DNA of 64,000 bases from Lama guanicoe. Lineage: Eukaryota. Position numbers and translations under genes: made by a program. The DNA is taken from NCBI GenBank assembly GCA_013239625.1, contig MU054400.1, positions 3,603,032-3,667,031 of the forward strand, given 5' to 3'. The notes under the pieces are model-generated. The model ran no database searches. It worked only from the letters and a program-made list of their open reading frames with translations, and was not told the DNA's origin. Positions 12,240 through 25,288 of the stretch are shown here, piece by piece. Every line of letters starts with the position of its first letter. Within the stretch, counting starts at the first letter, position 1.

Positions 12240-12897
12240 GTAATTGAACTTATTTTCTGGTAGATAATATCAGAGAAGTCTACCTCTTAATGTTATAGTT
12301 TTATGAACTGCGTTATAATTTATGGAAGCCCTTTTTAAGGTATTTCTTCAAGAATTGGACATTGCAAGGGAATTTATTTCCCTTGTATTTATTTTGATAG
12401 AATTATAATACAACTCTTTCAAATACATGATTTCAAAACTCTTCAGTATTCCTGTGAGGCAGGAAGAAAAATAATTTTTTTTTAACAGATGATTCACCAA
12501 AACTTGGCAGAATTCAAGAAGTTACACGGTATCAAAAGTTGTCAAACCTTTGTTGAGATTCTAAATTTTCTGACTCTACCTAAAGTACCTTTTTATCAGT
12601 CCTTTTTAAAATGCTGATTAAATCAGTCTTGAAATAATAATGTGGCTCTTGGTTTAGGGAAAAATCAGTCTCCTTGACACAGAAGCTTTATGCTGAATTT
12701 CTATTTCAGTAGAATAGGCTTTGTTTTATTATATTTTCTGGAGCTCATTTTCAGACATTTTGAAGACTATAAGTGAAGGTGCTGTAATGTAGTAAGTCAT
12801 TAATACTGAGATTTAGGACCTAAAACACTGTATTTCAGAATGCAATTTCTTGACATACTTTACATCTTTTAACTTTCAGTCCTTTCTTATTTTTTAG

Positions 12898-12981
12898 CAC
12901 CAACAATGTTTAGCAGTATTCAGCAGAGTGAAATTTACTCGAGTGTTACTGACAGTGCTTATAGCCTTTACTAAGAAAGAG
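12898..12981 (+). CDS. NAA35: NAA35 coding exon: [28 protein letters not shown]
   Basis: ttttag|CAC, GAG|gtaagg; 84 nt; overlaps ORF 12928..13128. Confidence 0.97.
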
Positions 12982-13844
12982 GTAAGGGTATTTACTGTAA
13001 GCTGTTTTAGTGTTTTTGTTTTCAATGGATTGCTTTATTTTGGTAGTTCTGAGACTTCTCCATTGAAATCTATGTGCGCACATATATATTACTCAGCATT
13101 TGGTGTGTTTACATTGGAGTCTCCTTGATGATTTTCTCCAGAAGTCACATGAGTTTTACATTCTGCTCCATAACACATCCATGTCTGTTGTTGATGTAAA
13201 AGTCATATCTTATATAACTTATTAGTGGATAAAATAATAAAAGCTGAAATTGCTTCTGAGTAGTTTTGTAAATTGGAGAAAGTAAAAATGAGAATTTTAA
13301 GTAGGTCTCTTCTTTCATTCAGGTAAATAATTAACTTGGATTTGTGTAGAACCAAAAACAAATCCTAGATGGTGAATGTTTTATGTGTGTATATATTTGC
13401 ACTAACTCAAGTAAAGTACAGACTAATTTGTGAATAGTTAGAGTGGTGAGTGGAGATCCAGCCTTTACCATTTACCTTCTGTAATTCTGTTTTTTCCTGC
13501 TTTTCTTTTTTTTAATTTCACCTTGATGAATGACTTTGTAGAAATGTTACAGTTTCCCATTTTCTAGTTGATGGCATCTCTGTATTTTTTTAACATGAGA
13601 TTAGCAGAATAAACCAGAAATGTTTCCTCTTGTTTTTTAATGACTCCTACAAGCTATAGATATGGGCAAATAAAATTACTTCTATCCTAACAGGATCTGG
13701 GTATCCTGTATTAAGTGAATAGTTTGTGAAAACCAATGTCATTACAAGCATTTAACTGCATTATTGTTTATAGGGTTTTCCTATTTAATGTATATCTTTC
13801 AGTGAAAGAATATGTAAGAATGTTTTTGGTGATTTATTTGCTAG

Positions 13845-13959
13845 ACCAGTGCTGTTGCAGAAGCTCAAAAATTGATGGTTCAAGCAGCAGATCTTCTTTC
13901 TGCCATTCATAATTCATTGCATCATGGCATCCAGGCCCAGAATGATACTACAAAAGGAG
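13845..13959 (+). CDS. NAA35: NAA35 coding exon: [39 protein letters not shown]
   Basis: gctag|ACC, GAG|gtaatt; 115 nt, ends phase 1. Confidence 0.97.
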
Positions 13960-15165
13960 GTAATTTTCTGTTTTGCTCCTACTCTTTTTTTTGTTCTTTC
14001 CCACCCAGAGTGTATAGTGTTTGGTTTGTTTTTAAATATCATTGAAGTCAGTCTATCTGGACCTTGGATTGTTTTACTCCATGGACTTTATGTGGAGTGT
14101 TTGTGGTCCCTTCTTTTTAAATTTATTCTAGACCAAAGACAGTACTGTAGAACTTGGCCATCTCTTGTGTCTTACTGTTTGGATTGAATATTTACCCTGT
14201 CTGGTGATCATACTGTGATATCAGCAGTACATCATTTTTTTCTTTGCTCACATCTCCACTTTACTACTTTGAGAGATCATCACCTCCATTACACAGTCTT
14301 CCCTTTGTACTGGCGGGTGTTCCCTCTGCAGCCTCATTGCACTCGTACATGCCTGTTATATTTTTTTAGTATATCATATTATAGTTTACCTTTTGTCTTT
14401 CTGTGAGATTTTTAGTACTTTTAGCCCAGAATCTATTCTTTGTGTATCTCTACAGAGCTTGGCACATTGCTGATATTCAGTAGATTTTATTTATGAAATA
14501 TACCTTAAAATAAAAGGAATAATGTACTTGTACTGTAAAAGCTGCAACTAAGTTAATATTTTAGAAAATATATAGCAATTTTGGTTACCCTTAAAACTCA
14601 TTAAAATGAGATGATATTTATATTCTTAAAATTAGCTTCTTGCAGTTGGTCTCCTTTTACCAGGAAGTCCAGCTTTTATCGATTTGCACTCCGTTCCTTT
14701 TTCACTCCTCTCCTTTTTGGGACAAAAATTGTGGCATTCCCCTCCTCACGAATTTTTTTCTTACTCAAACATTAGGTAGCAGAGCAGTCCAAAAGGTAAT
14801 TTGGTTTAGGAAATCAATATTATCATAATCTTCATGTTTCTAATAATTACATTGAACTTATAAATTCATTATTAATTTATTAACATGTTCTCAGATTCCC
14901 CAGGAGAAGGCAAGACTAGGTGACTGTTAGATGACTGACTAGGTGACATCTTATAAACATGGAACATTAAAAAAAGGTTTTTATGCATAGCAGGCTATCT
15001 TGTGCATGTTTACAGAGAGGTAAACTCTAATACTTTGAAATCTAATGCAAGAATACTTTATAAAAACTGCTGTATAACACATTGCTTCAGGGTAATTTAT
15101 TTATGTATCAACAAGATACTAGTGTTGCAAAACAAGAATCTTCCAAGTGACTTGATTCTGATGCT

Positions 15166-15202
<37 letters not shown>
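15166..15202. repeat. Poly(T) tract (~37 nt)
   Basis: uninterrupted T run. Confidence 0.95.
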
Positions 15203-15204
<2 letters not shown>

Positions 15205-17546
15205 CCTTTGGCCATATCCTGACTACTGTGGACTGTTCTGGTCTGTAATTAAGGATATTGGGTCATTAGTTGCCCATGTGGTTTTTGGCTTTCCTATAGT
15301 TCAAATCAGTCAGCACTTTAAGAAAAAAAAAGCTTGTGTGTATATTCTCAACTATGTCTCTGATTTTATAGTCTGCTCTTGAGTAAGTGTCAGGAAGGTG
15401 GTTTGCATTAAGTTGGCTTGAATGAACTTTAAAAATGTGATCTTTCAACTAAGCAAGTGAAATTTTAAGTAAGTGAGGTTTTAAATTCAGGGTGTACTTT
15501 TCTTAGTTTTCTATTTAATACCTTTTAAACTAGCTTAATTTAACTTTTCATTTATCCAACTTAAGCATAAAGCTAAGTAGTTCGATAATAAAAAAGTGAA
15601 TGCCTTCCCAATAATGTCTATTCTAAGAAGAATGATGGTAAAGCAATAATGCAGATTGGTTTTGGTCTCAGATTATTCATTTTGCCTTCTTAATATTATT
15701 ACTACTCCAGCTAGTGACAAAATGACTGTGTAAAGCTTGAAATTGCTGAACATTAATTTTAGCTTCTCACTAAAAAGATATATTATCGATGGGAACTTGG
15801 AAACAGTGTTGTAAAGAGAGAAAGTAGGAAGACTCAAACTTAATTCAAGGATTACCTGCTGGTGGGTTTACTCACTGGATGTGATGTCTTGAAGATGAAG
15901 GAGGCAGAAATGGTTTGGGGACAGGAGATGCTTTAAAAAAGCATCTCAGGTATAATGAATAGGATTCTTTGATGTGGTGACATGAAGCAGTCTACTAGTA
16001 AAGTAAATATTTTGCTCTGAAGAATGGATGGAAGAGCAGGTTTTGGAATCATTTTCATGTTAAGTGCTAATTGAAATTAAAATTGTGGATGTGATTACTC
16101 AGGTCTTGGTGGATCAGGACTTTGGGTTAGATCTTTGTTGAAATAACAAGGGAGGAAGAGGATCCAGTGAAGCACATGTTGCTCCTTGTCTTTGCTTATG
16201 CTGTTTTATTGCTTGTGAATTCTATACTTCTTTTTATGTGTCTGGAATTCTAACCCATTCTTCAAAATGAAGTTCAGATCATCTCGTCCAATGAGACTTT
16301 CCAGGTTCCATTTGTCAAAGTTTATTTCTGTCTCCCATATTCTTTTATAGTTATCTGTGGATTAGTTATAGTTTACTCTTTAGAATGCAGGCATCTTTAA
16401 CAGTTGCTAATGGAAATGAAAAAATTTATTTAAACTTACGTTGCTTGAAATTGGTAGGTACTTTTGAAGTATATCTTCAAATCTGACATTCAGTTTCAAG
16501 AGGACTTGTCATCCTTTTAAAGTAAATTAAAAGATGTCTGATTCAAATAGTAGATTGAACACATGTATCTACCTTCTGAAACCTTAATAAACAATGAAGA
16601 AGTGTTTGGGTTTTTAAAAGATTAGGTTTAATCAATAAAGAGGAAAAAGACAGGGAAAGAAGACAATAGCAGCAGAATTTTAGAAGCTGGGAAACAGCAG
16701 GACATTGAGCCGTGTGTCCCCTAATAACTGAATTCTTAACCACTCACAGGGAAAGTCAAAATTTAAAAATTAAAAAAATAAAAGATACAATCCAGTTGTA
16801 CAGCAGATCCTCTGAAGAGCCTCATTTTTAGTATACCAGGTACCTCTGAAAATGAGAATGAGAATCATGGTGATAACATGATAACTGGTTGAAAGTCTAT
16901 TTGAAAGCAGAGATTTCCTCCCTACATTCCTGAGCCTCACAATATGAAAAGTGTATTCTCTGGAACAGGGAAACAGAGAGATTCTGGACTGAGGAGATAC
17001 CAGGCACTGTTGAGTGGTACACGTTATGGGGAAGTGGTCATTTAAATACTGATTATTGGAATATCCATATCCTCCTCCAGAACCCCCTCCCCGACACACA
17101 ACACACATACACCATGCCAAGCTCTAGCCTTTTCCCCTCCCTTCTTCAGCTTCCAAAACAGGGCAGCCTGGCTCTTGCACTCCACTTCAGAGTTTGGAAG
17201 ACTCTTAGGGAAATCTGGCAAGCCCAAGAGGTAGAGAAAAACATCAGCAAAATCTCTATTTACTGGTATTAACAGTTCCTATGATAAAATGATTTGGTGG
17301 GAAAGCCTAATCTGTATTCATAGAGCTCTTAATGAGGTTTTTGGTCCTCCAGTTTCAAACCTGAATGTACAGTCATGGGTAGAAATCTTTAAACTGAAAA
17401 ATAGAACAAAATAGGCAAGCAAACAAAATGCCTTTAAAAAAATGAAGAAAAAAATCAATGAGTATGTAAAACAGAAATAGGATGTTATAAAAAAACGGGA
17501 AAAAGAATTATTCTTTGAGATTCAAAATGTAAGAGAAGAAATCATA

Positions 17547-17555
17547 AATATATAT

Positions 17556-17597
<42 letters not shown>
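17547..17597. repeat. (TA)n microsatellite
   Basis: ~25 TA units with one interruption. Confidence 0.95.
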
Positions 17598-17600
<3 letters not shown>

Positions 17601-18053
17601 CACAAAGAAATCTTAGGGAAAGTAAAGTAAGAAATGAAAAGGTGGAAGATAAGGAGAAAAAAGGTAAGGACATTATAAGATCAGTGCAGAAGATCCATTA
17701 TCTAATAAGGATAAATAATAAGGTAAATGAAGGATAAACTAATAAAAGTTGGTCCAGAAATAGAGATTAGAAAATAGAAGAGAAGAAGAAGATCACTTAA
17801 GAAAAGTTCCTAGAATCAAATGAAGCAAATACCCAGGTTAAAAGGACCAATAATAAAGAGCTACCCAGCACAACCAGGATGAAAGTAGACTGCTGTCAAG
17901 GCATAATATCATCATGAAATTTCAAAAATAGTGGGGAAAATAGAAGATTCTAAGAGATTTGAAAGAGATAAAAAAGTTGTATACACAGAATCAAGACAGA
18001 ATGTCATGTAACTTTTCAACAGCAGGAATGGAAGCTAGAAATCAGTGGAGCAA

Positions 18054-19150
18054 AGAACAAAATTGAAGGAATCACATTTTCTGATTTTAAAACTTAACAC
18101 AGAGCGACACTAATCAAGACAGTTTGGTACTGGCATAAAGATCGTCATAGATTAGTGAAATAAATATGGAATCCAAAAATGATCTCACATGTTTATGGGC
18201 ATTTGATATTTGACATGAGTGTCAAGGCAGCTCAGTGGGGAAAGGAAAGTATTTTCAACAGATGACACTGGGACAACTAGATAACCACGTGCAAGAGAAT
18301 GGAGTTGATCACTCTCCGACCCCCGCCTCACATCATATACAAATGTCAGCTCAAAATGGATGAGTGATACAAGAACTAAAAATACGAAACTCTAAAACCT
18401 AGACATAAACCTTAAGAATCAATTTAAAAATGAAAAAACAAGCAGGGGATCTAAGTTAGACATTTCTCTGAATAAGATTTACAAATGGTCAATAAGCCTG
18501 TGAAAAGATAGATGTGCCATGGGAAGTGCAAATCACAATGAAAAGATACAACTTCCCACCCACTAGATAGCTGTAATCAAAAACACAGTACCAAGTGTTG
18601 GTGAGGTTATGGAGAAACTTACACTGCTGATGGGAATGTAAAATAATGCAACTACTTTGGAAAGCAGTCTTGTAGTGTCTCAAAAGATATAATTAGATTT
18701 ATTACATGATCCAACCATTCTAATACTAGATACATATATATATATATCAGCAGATGAACGGATGAATAAAATGTTGTGTATCCATGCAGTAGAGAAGTAT
18801 TTGGCAATTAAATGAAGTACTGTATCTGCTAAAACATGGATGGACCTTGAAAACAGGTAGAAAAAAACAGTCACAAAAGATCATGTGTTATATGATTTTC
18901 ATTTTATATAAAATGTCCAGAATAGGCAAGTCCATGGAGACAGTAGGTCAGTGGTTGCCTAGGGCTGGAGAAAGATGGAAGGACTGCTAATGAATATGGA
19001 GTTTCTTCTTGAGGTGATGAAAATGTTCTGTATTTCATTATGGTGGTTTTTACAACTGAATATACTTTAAAAAAAAACTATTACACTGTACAGTTTTAGT
19101 AGATAAATTGTATGGTATGTTAGTTGTATCTCAGAGTGGAGATGAAAAGA
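18054..19150 (+). mobile_element. L1MB-type ORF2 end + 3'UTR, 5'-truncated, with 15-bp TSD
   Basis: taatcaagacagtttggtactggcataaaga...aaatgtccagaataggcaa...gtggttgcctagggctg; TSD aaatcagtgga(g/c)caa at 18039-18053 and 19151-19165. Confidence 0.85.
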
Positions 19151-19539
19151 AAATCAGTGGACCAATGTTTTCAGAATTTGGGGGAAAATGATTTCTAATC
19201 TTGAATCCTGTTCTAAAACTATCATTTAATTGTAAGGAAAGAGAATTATGAAATTGATCTCCAAAAAGTTTTTCAAGATGCTACTGGAATGTGCTCCATT
19301 AAAACAAAGGGAAAGTAACTAAGATAAAGGAAAGCATGGGGTGTAAGGAACATAAGAACCAGCAGTAAGAGAATAATGAAGGAAATCCCAGGGTGATGGT
19401 GCAGCAGGATCATGAGATACCATCTATCTGAGCATAGATTGAGGAAAGTCACAAGGCTCTAGGGTAACTGAGTAGATATAAGATCTGTTGTCACCCATAA
19501 AATAGATACAGTTCTCCTTTTTCCCCCATAATTCAGCTC

Positions 19540-20630
19540 TTTTTTTAAAGTTGGCATATAGTTGACTTACAGTGTTGTGTTAATTTCTGATATACAGTGT
19601 AGTGATTCAGTTATATATACATATTTATTATTTTTTTAAATTGAAGCATAGTCAGTTACAATGTGTCAGTTTCTGGTGTACAGCATAATGTCCCAGTCAT
19701 ACACATACATACAAATATTCGTTTTCATATTCTTTTTCATTAAAGGTTATTACAAGATACTGAATATAGTTCTCTGTGCTATAAAGAAGAAATTTGTTTT
19801 TTAATCTATTTTTATATGTAATGGTTAACATTTGCAAATCTCAAACTACCACATTATCCCTTCCCACTCCCTTTCCCCAGTGACGATAAGATGGTTTATT
19901 TACTATGTCAGCAAGTCTGTTTCTTTTGTAGATGACTTCATTAGTGTCCTCTTTTTTTCTTTTTCTTAGATTTCTACATATAAGGGATATCATATAGTAT
20001 TTTTCTTTCTTTCTGACTTACTTCATTTAGTGTGTTAGTCTACGGGTCCATCAGTGATGCTGTAAATGGCATTAATTTTTTTATGGCTGAGTCGTATTCC
20101 ATTGTACAAATATACCACATCTTTATCCAGTCATCTGTCAGTGGACATTTAGATTGATTCCGTGTCTTGGCTGTTGTAAATAGTGCTGCTATGAACATTG
20201 GGGTGCATGTATCTTTTTGAGTTAGAGTTCCTTCCAGATATATGCCTAGGAGTCGGATTGCTGGATCATAGGGTGAGTCTATTTTTAGTCTTTTAAGGAA
20301 TCTCCATACTGTTTTCAATAATGGCTGCACCAAACTACATTCCTACCAGCAGTGTAGGAGGGTTCCCTTTTCTCCACACCCTTTCCAGCATTTATCGTTT
20401 TTAATGATGGCCGTTCTGACTGGTGTGAGGTGATACTTCATTGTAGTTTTGATTTGCATTTCTCTGATAATTAGCAATATTGAGCATTTATTCATGTGCC
20501 TATTGACCATTTATGTATCTTCATTAGAGAATTGCTTGTTTAGGTCTTCAGGCCATTTTTGGATTGGGTGGTTTGCTTTTTGTTATTAAGTTGTATGAGC
20601 TATTTATATATTCTGGAAATTAAGCCTTGA
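19540..20630 (-). mobile_element. 5'-truncated lineage-specific L1 (~1 kb) preceded by a second short L1 3' end
   Basis: ORF 20040..20333 is the ORF2 C-terminus ([16 protein letters not shown]...CTPMFIAALFT); two consecutive 3'-end motifs at 19540 and 19627. Confidence 0.9.
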
Positions 20631-23479
20631 GAGAATTCTCTTTAATGTAGAAAGAAGAGATTTAGAGAACTGGCAAACGATTTGGAGTTGAATTAAGTGT
20701 TAAGTACATATAAACAAAGCGGACACAAAGTGAGACAGTGATTAATTTCAGAACATTTATGAAAGTAAATCTTATTCATAAAAAGTTATCCATGGCCCAG
20801 ATGTGAATGTAATTTACTTAATCATAATGGTGCTGAACATTGATACTAACCAAAATTCTAATCTAACTGTATTGGAGATGAGAGGACAGAAGTGTGTATA
20901 TATGCATTTAATTTGTACATGCTTATAGTGCTACTTCATATTTTTTCAATGTCTCCTTTAACACATATCATCTCCTTTTGAAGATGGAGGAGTAAGTCAG
21001 ATCACATGTAAAACTGAAAAAATATGAAGTAAATAGCACTATTAGCTTGTTATTTGGTGATATGGAGGTAAATACCAAAAGAAATAGCTAAGTAGAAGTG
21101 GAAGAGATTGTCTCTGGGAAAAGAGAAATAATGAAATTGAGGGGAGAAAGGAGGGCAAAGGGTTGTTTTAGTAAAAACCTTGTTTGGCTATTTGATTCTT
21201 GATTGGCATGCATTTATGACTGAGTAAAGAAATTAAAAATTAGTGTGAAGTAAAAGTAGATTAAAACGTAATTTAGAGTTGTGATGATATATTGTCTGAT
21301 AATATTGTATCCTTAACCTCCTGGGGGCTGAACTTGTTGTTGAAGCAGAAATGCTGCCTCAGCTCAGCTGACTTCATTAGCTGGTTTGGCAGTGTGCAGG
21401 AGAGGTGAGAGCGGACTTCCTTTTGAAATCACCACCTGTTAGAGAGGCCTGTGCCATGATGTGCTAGTGCTAGAAACCTGAGATGAGTTTACTCTTTTAA
21501 TTAAAACATTTTCTTTTTACAAAAAAAAAGCATACACCCTCACATATGTGAGGGGTATGTGTAAGCTAAAGAACTTCTGAGTTTTGTATGGTACAGTAGA
21601 TGTCTTTGCTGCCTGCTTCAATTTGCTTTCCAATTGAAAGCTATAAGGAATATGAGAAACAGAATCCTCCCCACTGCTTAAAAAAATAGGAAACCCTTGT
21701 AACCTAAAAAGAAGGTCAGCCAAACACTGTAGCAGTAGGACCCAGATGAGGGAAAACATTAAGAATGACTTGCAAAATTTTCTTGGTGTTAACGTAAGTA
21801 AACCATCAAAAGCACCGTATTCTCCAAAGTAGTTGACATAACTTGCAGGACCAGACCAGGGATTCTTGGGGAATAACAGCTAAGAGGGAGGCACACAAGC
21901 TGGCCGTGGAACCTTCTTGATTAATATCCTGGAGAGGCAGAGGAGGTGGGGCTCTACCAGAAACCACACAAATGTTTTATTTTTGTTACTTACGGAAGAG
22001 AGATGAGTTGCTATACATGTTAACAGCTTAGTAACTGGTAATCTTTGTCAGTAAAGGAGATAGAAAAGTAGCTTCTCTTGCCTACTTGCACAGGCATATC
22101 TCGTGTGGCTTAAATGCAAGTCAGTGAGGCTTCCTAGTCTAGAGTGCTGTTTTAGCACCTCACTCAAATAACTGGCTCAGAAAGCATTCTTCGAATGATG
22201 TAATAATCAAAGAAGAAACTGCACAGTGTTTGCACACAAATATTGAACAAAAATAAGAAAAACAAAGGACAGATGAAAACCACAGATCAGAAACATTTTT
22301 TCAAGATTTCAAAAAATTTATAAAAAAATAAACTGACCTCTGTAAAACAAGAGCACAAAGCAGAAATATTAGGGCCAAAGGCAGAAATAATGAATAACAG
22401 AGTACAGGTGAGCAGGCAGAGTTCAGGAAAGTAGAGAAAAATCCGGAAAGTGAAGACAGAATTAAAAATAGCAAAAAGTATGCTAAGCATTGCTGAAAAG
22501 CTGTAAAAGGTGTGGAGATCAGAACTAAGGGGAAAACTAAGCAAAATGGAAGTGAACAAAAATATTTGAAGTATTAGGAAAAAAAGCAAATATGGTTAAA
22601 TCTATAGATTTAATTGGAATGCTATAATGTAGTCTAGGAAAAATAAGGAATTATTTATAGTTAGAGATAACCTGGTTAGTTATTTGTGCAGCCTGGCATT
22701 ATAGTTTTTCACATCAGCATTCAACACAGAAAGTTGTGAAACAGTATCTAAAAGTCCTCAGTTAAAGAACTGTGACCCAATTTTATGTCCATCCAAGCTA
22801 TCACTTAAGTGACACTCAGGCAAGTATTTTTAAATTTGCAAGGACTCAGGAAGTATTTTTCCTATGACTTTCCTGATGTAGGGATGCAGATTAGAATTCA
22901 TGAATAAAATTCAGCTTAGTGGGACATAAATGGAAACGATTTGGCAGAAAGGATAAGCAATGAGCATTAAATCCATTTTGTTACTGAGCTACAGTTAAAA
23001 CAGCTATGAAAGTTGATTTGACTAAATATAATGTAAGTGTCATGAACCTTGGCAATATAAAAGTAGTCATATAGTAAAAGTCAAGAGGGAAAGAAGACTG
23101 ATTTTATATTGCAAGGGTCCATAGATACTGATTAGAGTTGATAAATCTATTTAGAGGTATATTTCAGCATATAAGGGTAACTGATGATGGTTAAGATAAG
23201 ATAACAGTTCCAATTTGATGAGCAAACGGAGGTGGAAGGAGGTCTTTGACATCAGTGTTTTCCATGGGTAAGGAGATTAATAGTTACCTGTCTGAAGATA
23301 TTGAACTGTAGCGATAGTAAAAAGTTTATTGCTATAAAATTAATAAAATAAAACTTCTTAATTATCAGAAAGAAAATACACCAAACGAAGTAAACTCTAG
23401 TGAAAGATAAAATCAAAAGCATTACCAAAGGAAGCGGAAGCATATATTTCTATTACGTGGGAACAAAACTAAGACTTGC

Positions 23480-25288
23480 TGCTTGCTCTTAATTCCTTCT
23501 GTGCTTGAAGAAAATTCAGTCTTTAGCCATGAAGTGGGACTGTGCAAGATGGACATCTGTACTAGAACAGAATGTTGGAGCCTGACCCAACAAGTAGGGG
23601 ATAGGAGTGGCTTGACACAAGTATTGCAGGGTGCAATAAAATGAGGTATGCCTGTAATAGGAGTGTGAGGACAGCATCTGCAAAGAGTTGGCCTGCAACA
23701 AAATTTTAGAGCTGAGTGGCTTGAGGAGGGCGTCATCATGAATAGGCAGCCTGGCTAGATTTGTTACTCACCAAGCGAGGTGAGGGGGACACCTACACAG
23801 GAAAGCAATTGGGCTCGGAGTGCCTGAGCCTAAACAGGGATCAGGAAGGTAACCCCATGGGAACAACTTGGTACTGTGTGTCAGGAGCCTAGGCAGGGTG
23901 AGGATAGTGTGTTTATGGGAGAGCAGCCTGATGCGTGGTTTCAGAGCCTAAAAGCAGGCTTGTGGGCGCTCAGGCAGAGTGAGTTGGGCATACTCCTGTG
24001 AATGTGGCCTGGCACGAGTGCTCGAACCTGAGGTAGATTAATAGAGGCAGCTGTGTGCAGGGCTGTTGGAGACCATGCGGGGTAAGGAGAGCATCTGTGT
24101 ATGGAGGTGGCCTGGTGTGCGTTTTCAGATCCTTAGCATGTTGAAAGGTGCCCCGGTGCTGGGTGTCAAATGGCAAATGGAATAAAGAGGGCATCTGTAG
24201 AGCTCAGCACAGAATGGTAGAGCATAAGCAGCAAGAAGAGGGTGTTTGAGTAGAAAAGTGGCTCTGAACAGGGGGTTGCAGCCTAGGCAAGTTGAGGAAG
24301 GGCATCTATACAGAAAGGGATCCAGGCATGGGGTTTCAGAGCTTAGATGGGGTGAGGGGTCATCTCTGCAAAAGGATGGCCTGGCATGGGGTGTAGGAGC
24401 CCAAATAGGGGTCATGGTGGCTTGGCATGTGGGAACCTAAGTAAGGTCAGAGCACATCTGTATAAGGAGGTGGATGTCAGTGATAGGAGATTGTAATAGG
24501 CTGAATATAGCCCCAAAGAAATCAAGATCCTAATTCTCAGAATATGTAATTGTTACTTTATTTGGAAAAAAGTTCTTTCTAGATGTGATTAAAAGTAAGA
24601 ATCTTTCTATGAGTAGATAATCTTAAGTTATCTGGGTAGGCCCTAAATATCCTAAATGTCCTCCTCAAAAGAGAGGCAGAAGGAGATTGAACACACACAG
24701 AAGGGGAAAAGGCAATGTGATGACAGAGGTAGAAATGGGCATGATGCAGCTGTAAGCCAAGGAATTCCAACATCCTGGAAGAGGCAAGGAACAGATTTTA
24801 CCTTCGAATCTTCAGGAGTGCAGCCCTGCCAATACCTTAATTTCAGCTAAGTGAAACTGATGTTAAACTTTGGCCTCCAGAACTGAGAGAGAATAAATGT
24901 ATGTCACCACATTTGTGGTAATTTGTTACAGCAGTCCTAGAAACTAATACAAATATTGGTTGCATGCTACAGAATTGATCATATACATAAACGTATTGAG
25001 AATTATGCTTTGCCATTTTCTTAGACTTGGGGAGCTAACTTACACTAATTTCTAGAAAGGGAGAAAATGAGATTGAACTCTGATATTGGATTAAATTAAA
25101 GGTATGGGTATAAGTTCATGGTTTCAAATATATATAGGTCGATATAGAAATAAATGTACATGTAAATATGCATATATTTGAATGTGAGCGTGCATGTATG
25201 TAAACATATTTGTATGTCCTAATAGCAGTGAGCAGACTTAACATCTAGATCTTGCTTCCTAAAGACTATTGTCTACTAAAAGGAACTA
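23480..25288 (+). mobile_element. L1MC-type 3'UTR relic containing a decayed ~60-bp tandem array; interrupted by MLT1
   Basis: ctagaaagggagaaaa...ttggattaaatt...ctaatagcagtgagca...agatcttgcttcctaaa...ctactaaaaggaactaggg; family assignment from memory. Confidence 0.55.
24492..24951 (+). mobile_element. MLT1 (ERVL-MaLR) solo LTR
   Basis: TG...CA termini; tgtaataggctgaatat...ggcctccagaactgagagagaataaat...tttgtggtaatttgttacagcagtcctagaaactaataca. Confidence 0.9.

Larger units (their letters stand above)
16520..19500 (+). mobile_element. Old L1 5'/ORF1 relic (host) with a nested L1 3' fragment
   Basis: A-rich ORF1-like motifs (gatcagtgcagaagatcc, atgaaatttcaaaa, gaagctagaa...cagtggagcaa|tgttttcagaattt); boundaries approximate. 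Confidence 0.6.

Noticed and set aside
14914..14947. gactaggtgac direct repeat
   Set aside because: 11-bp local micro-duplication with no further structure.
23660..24490. CRISPR-like or coding repeat array
   Set aside because: Mammalian context, units diverged along their whole length with no repeat-spacer structure, and L1 3'UTR-like flanks.
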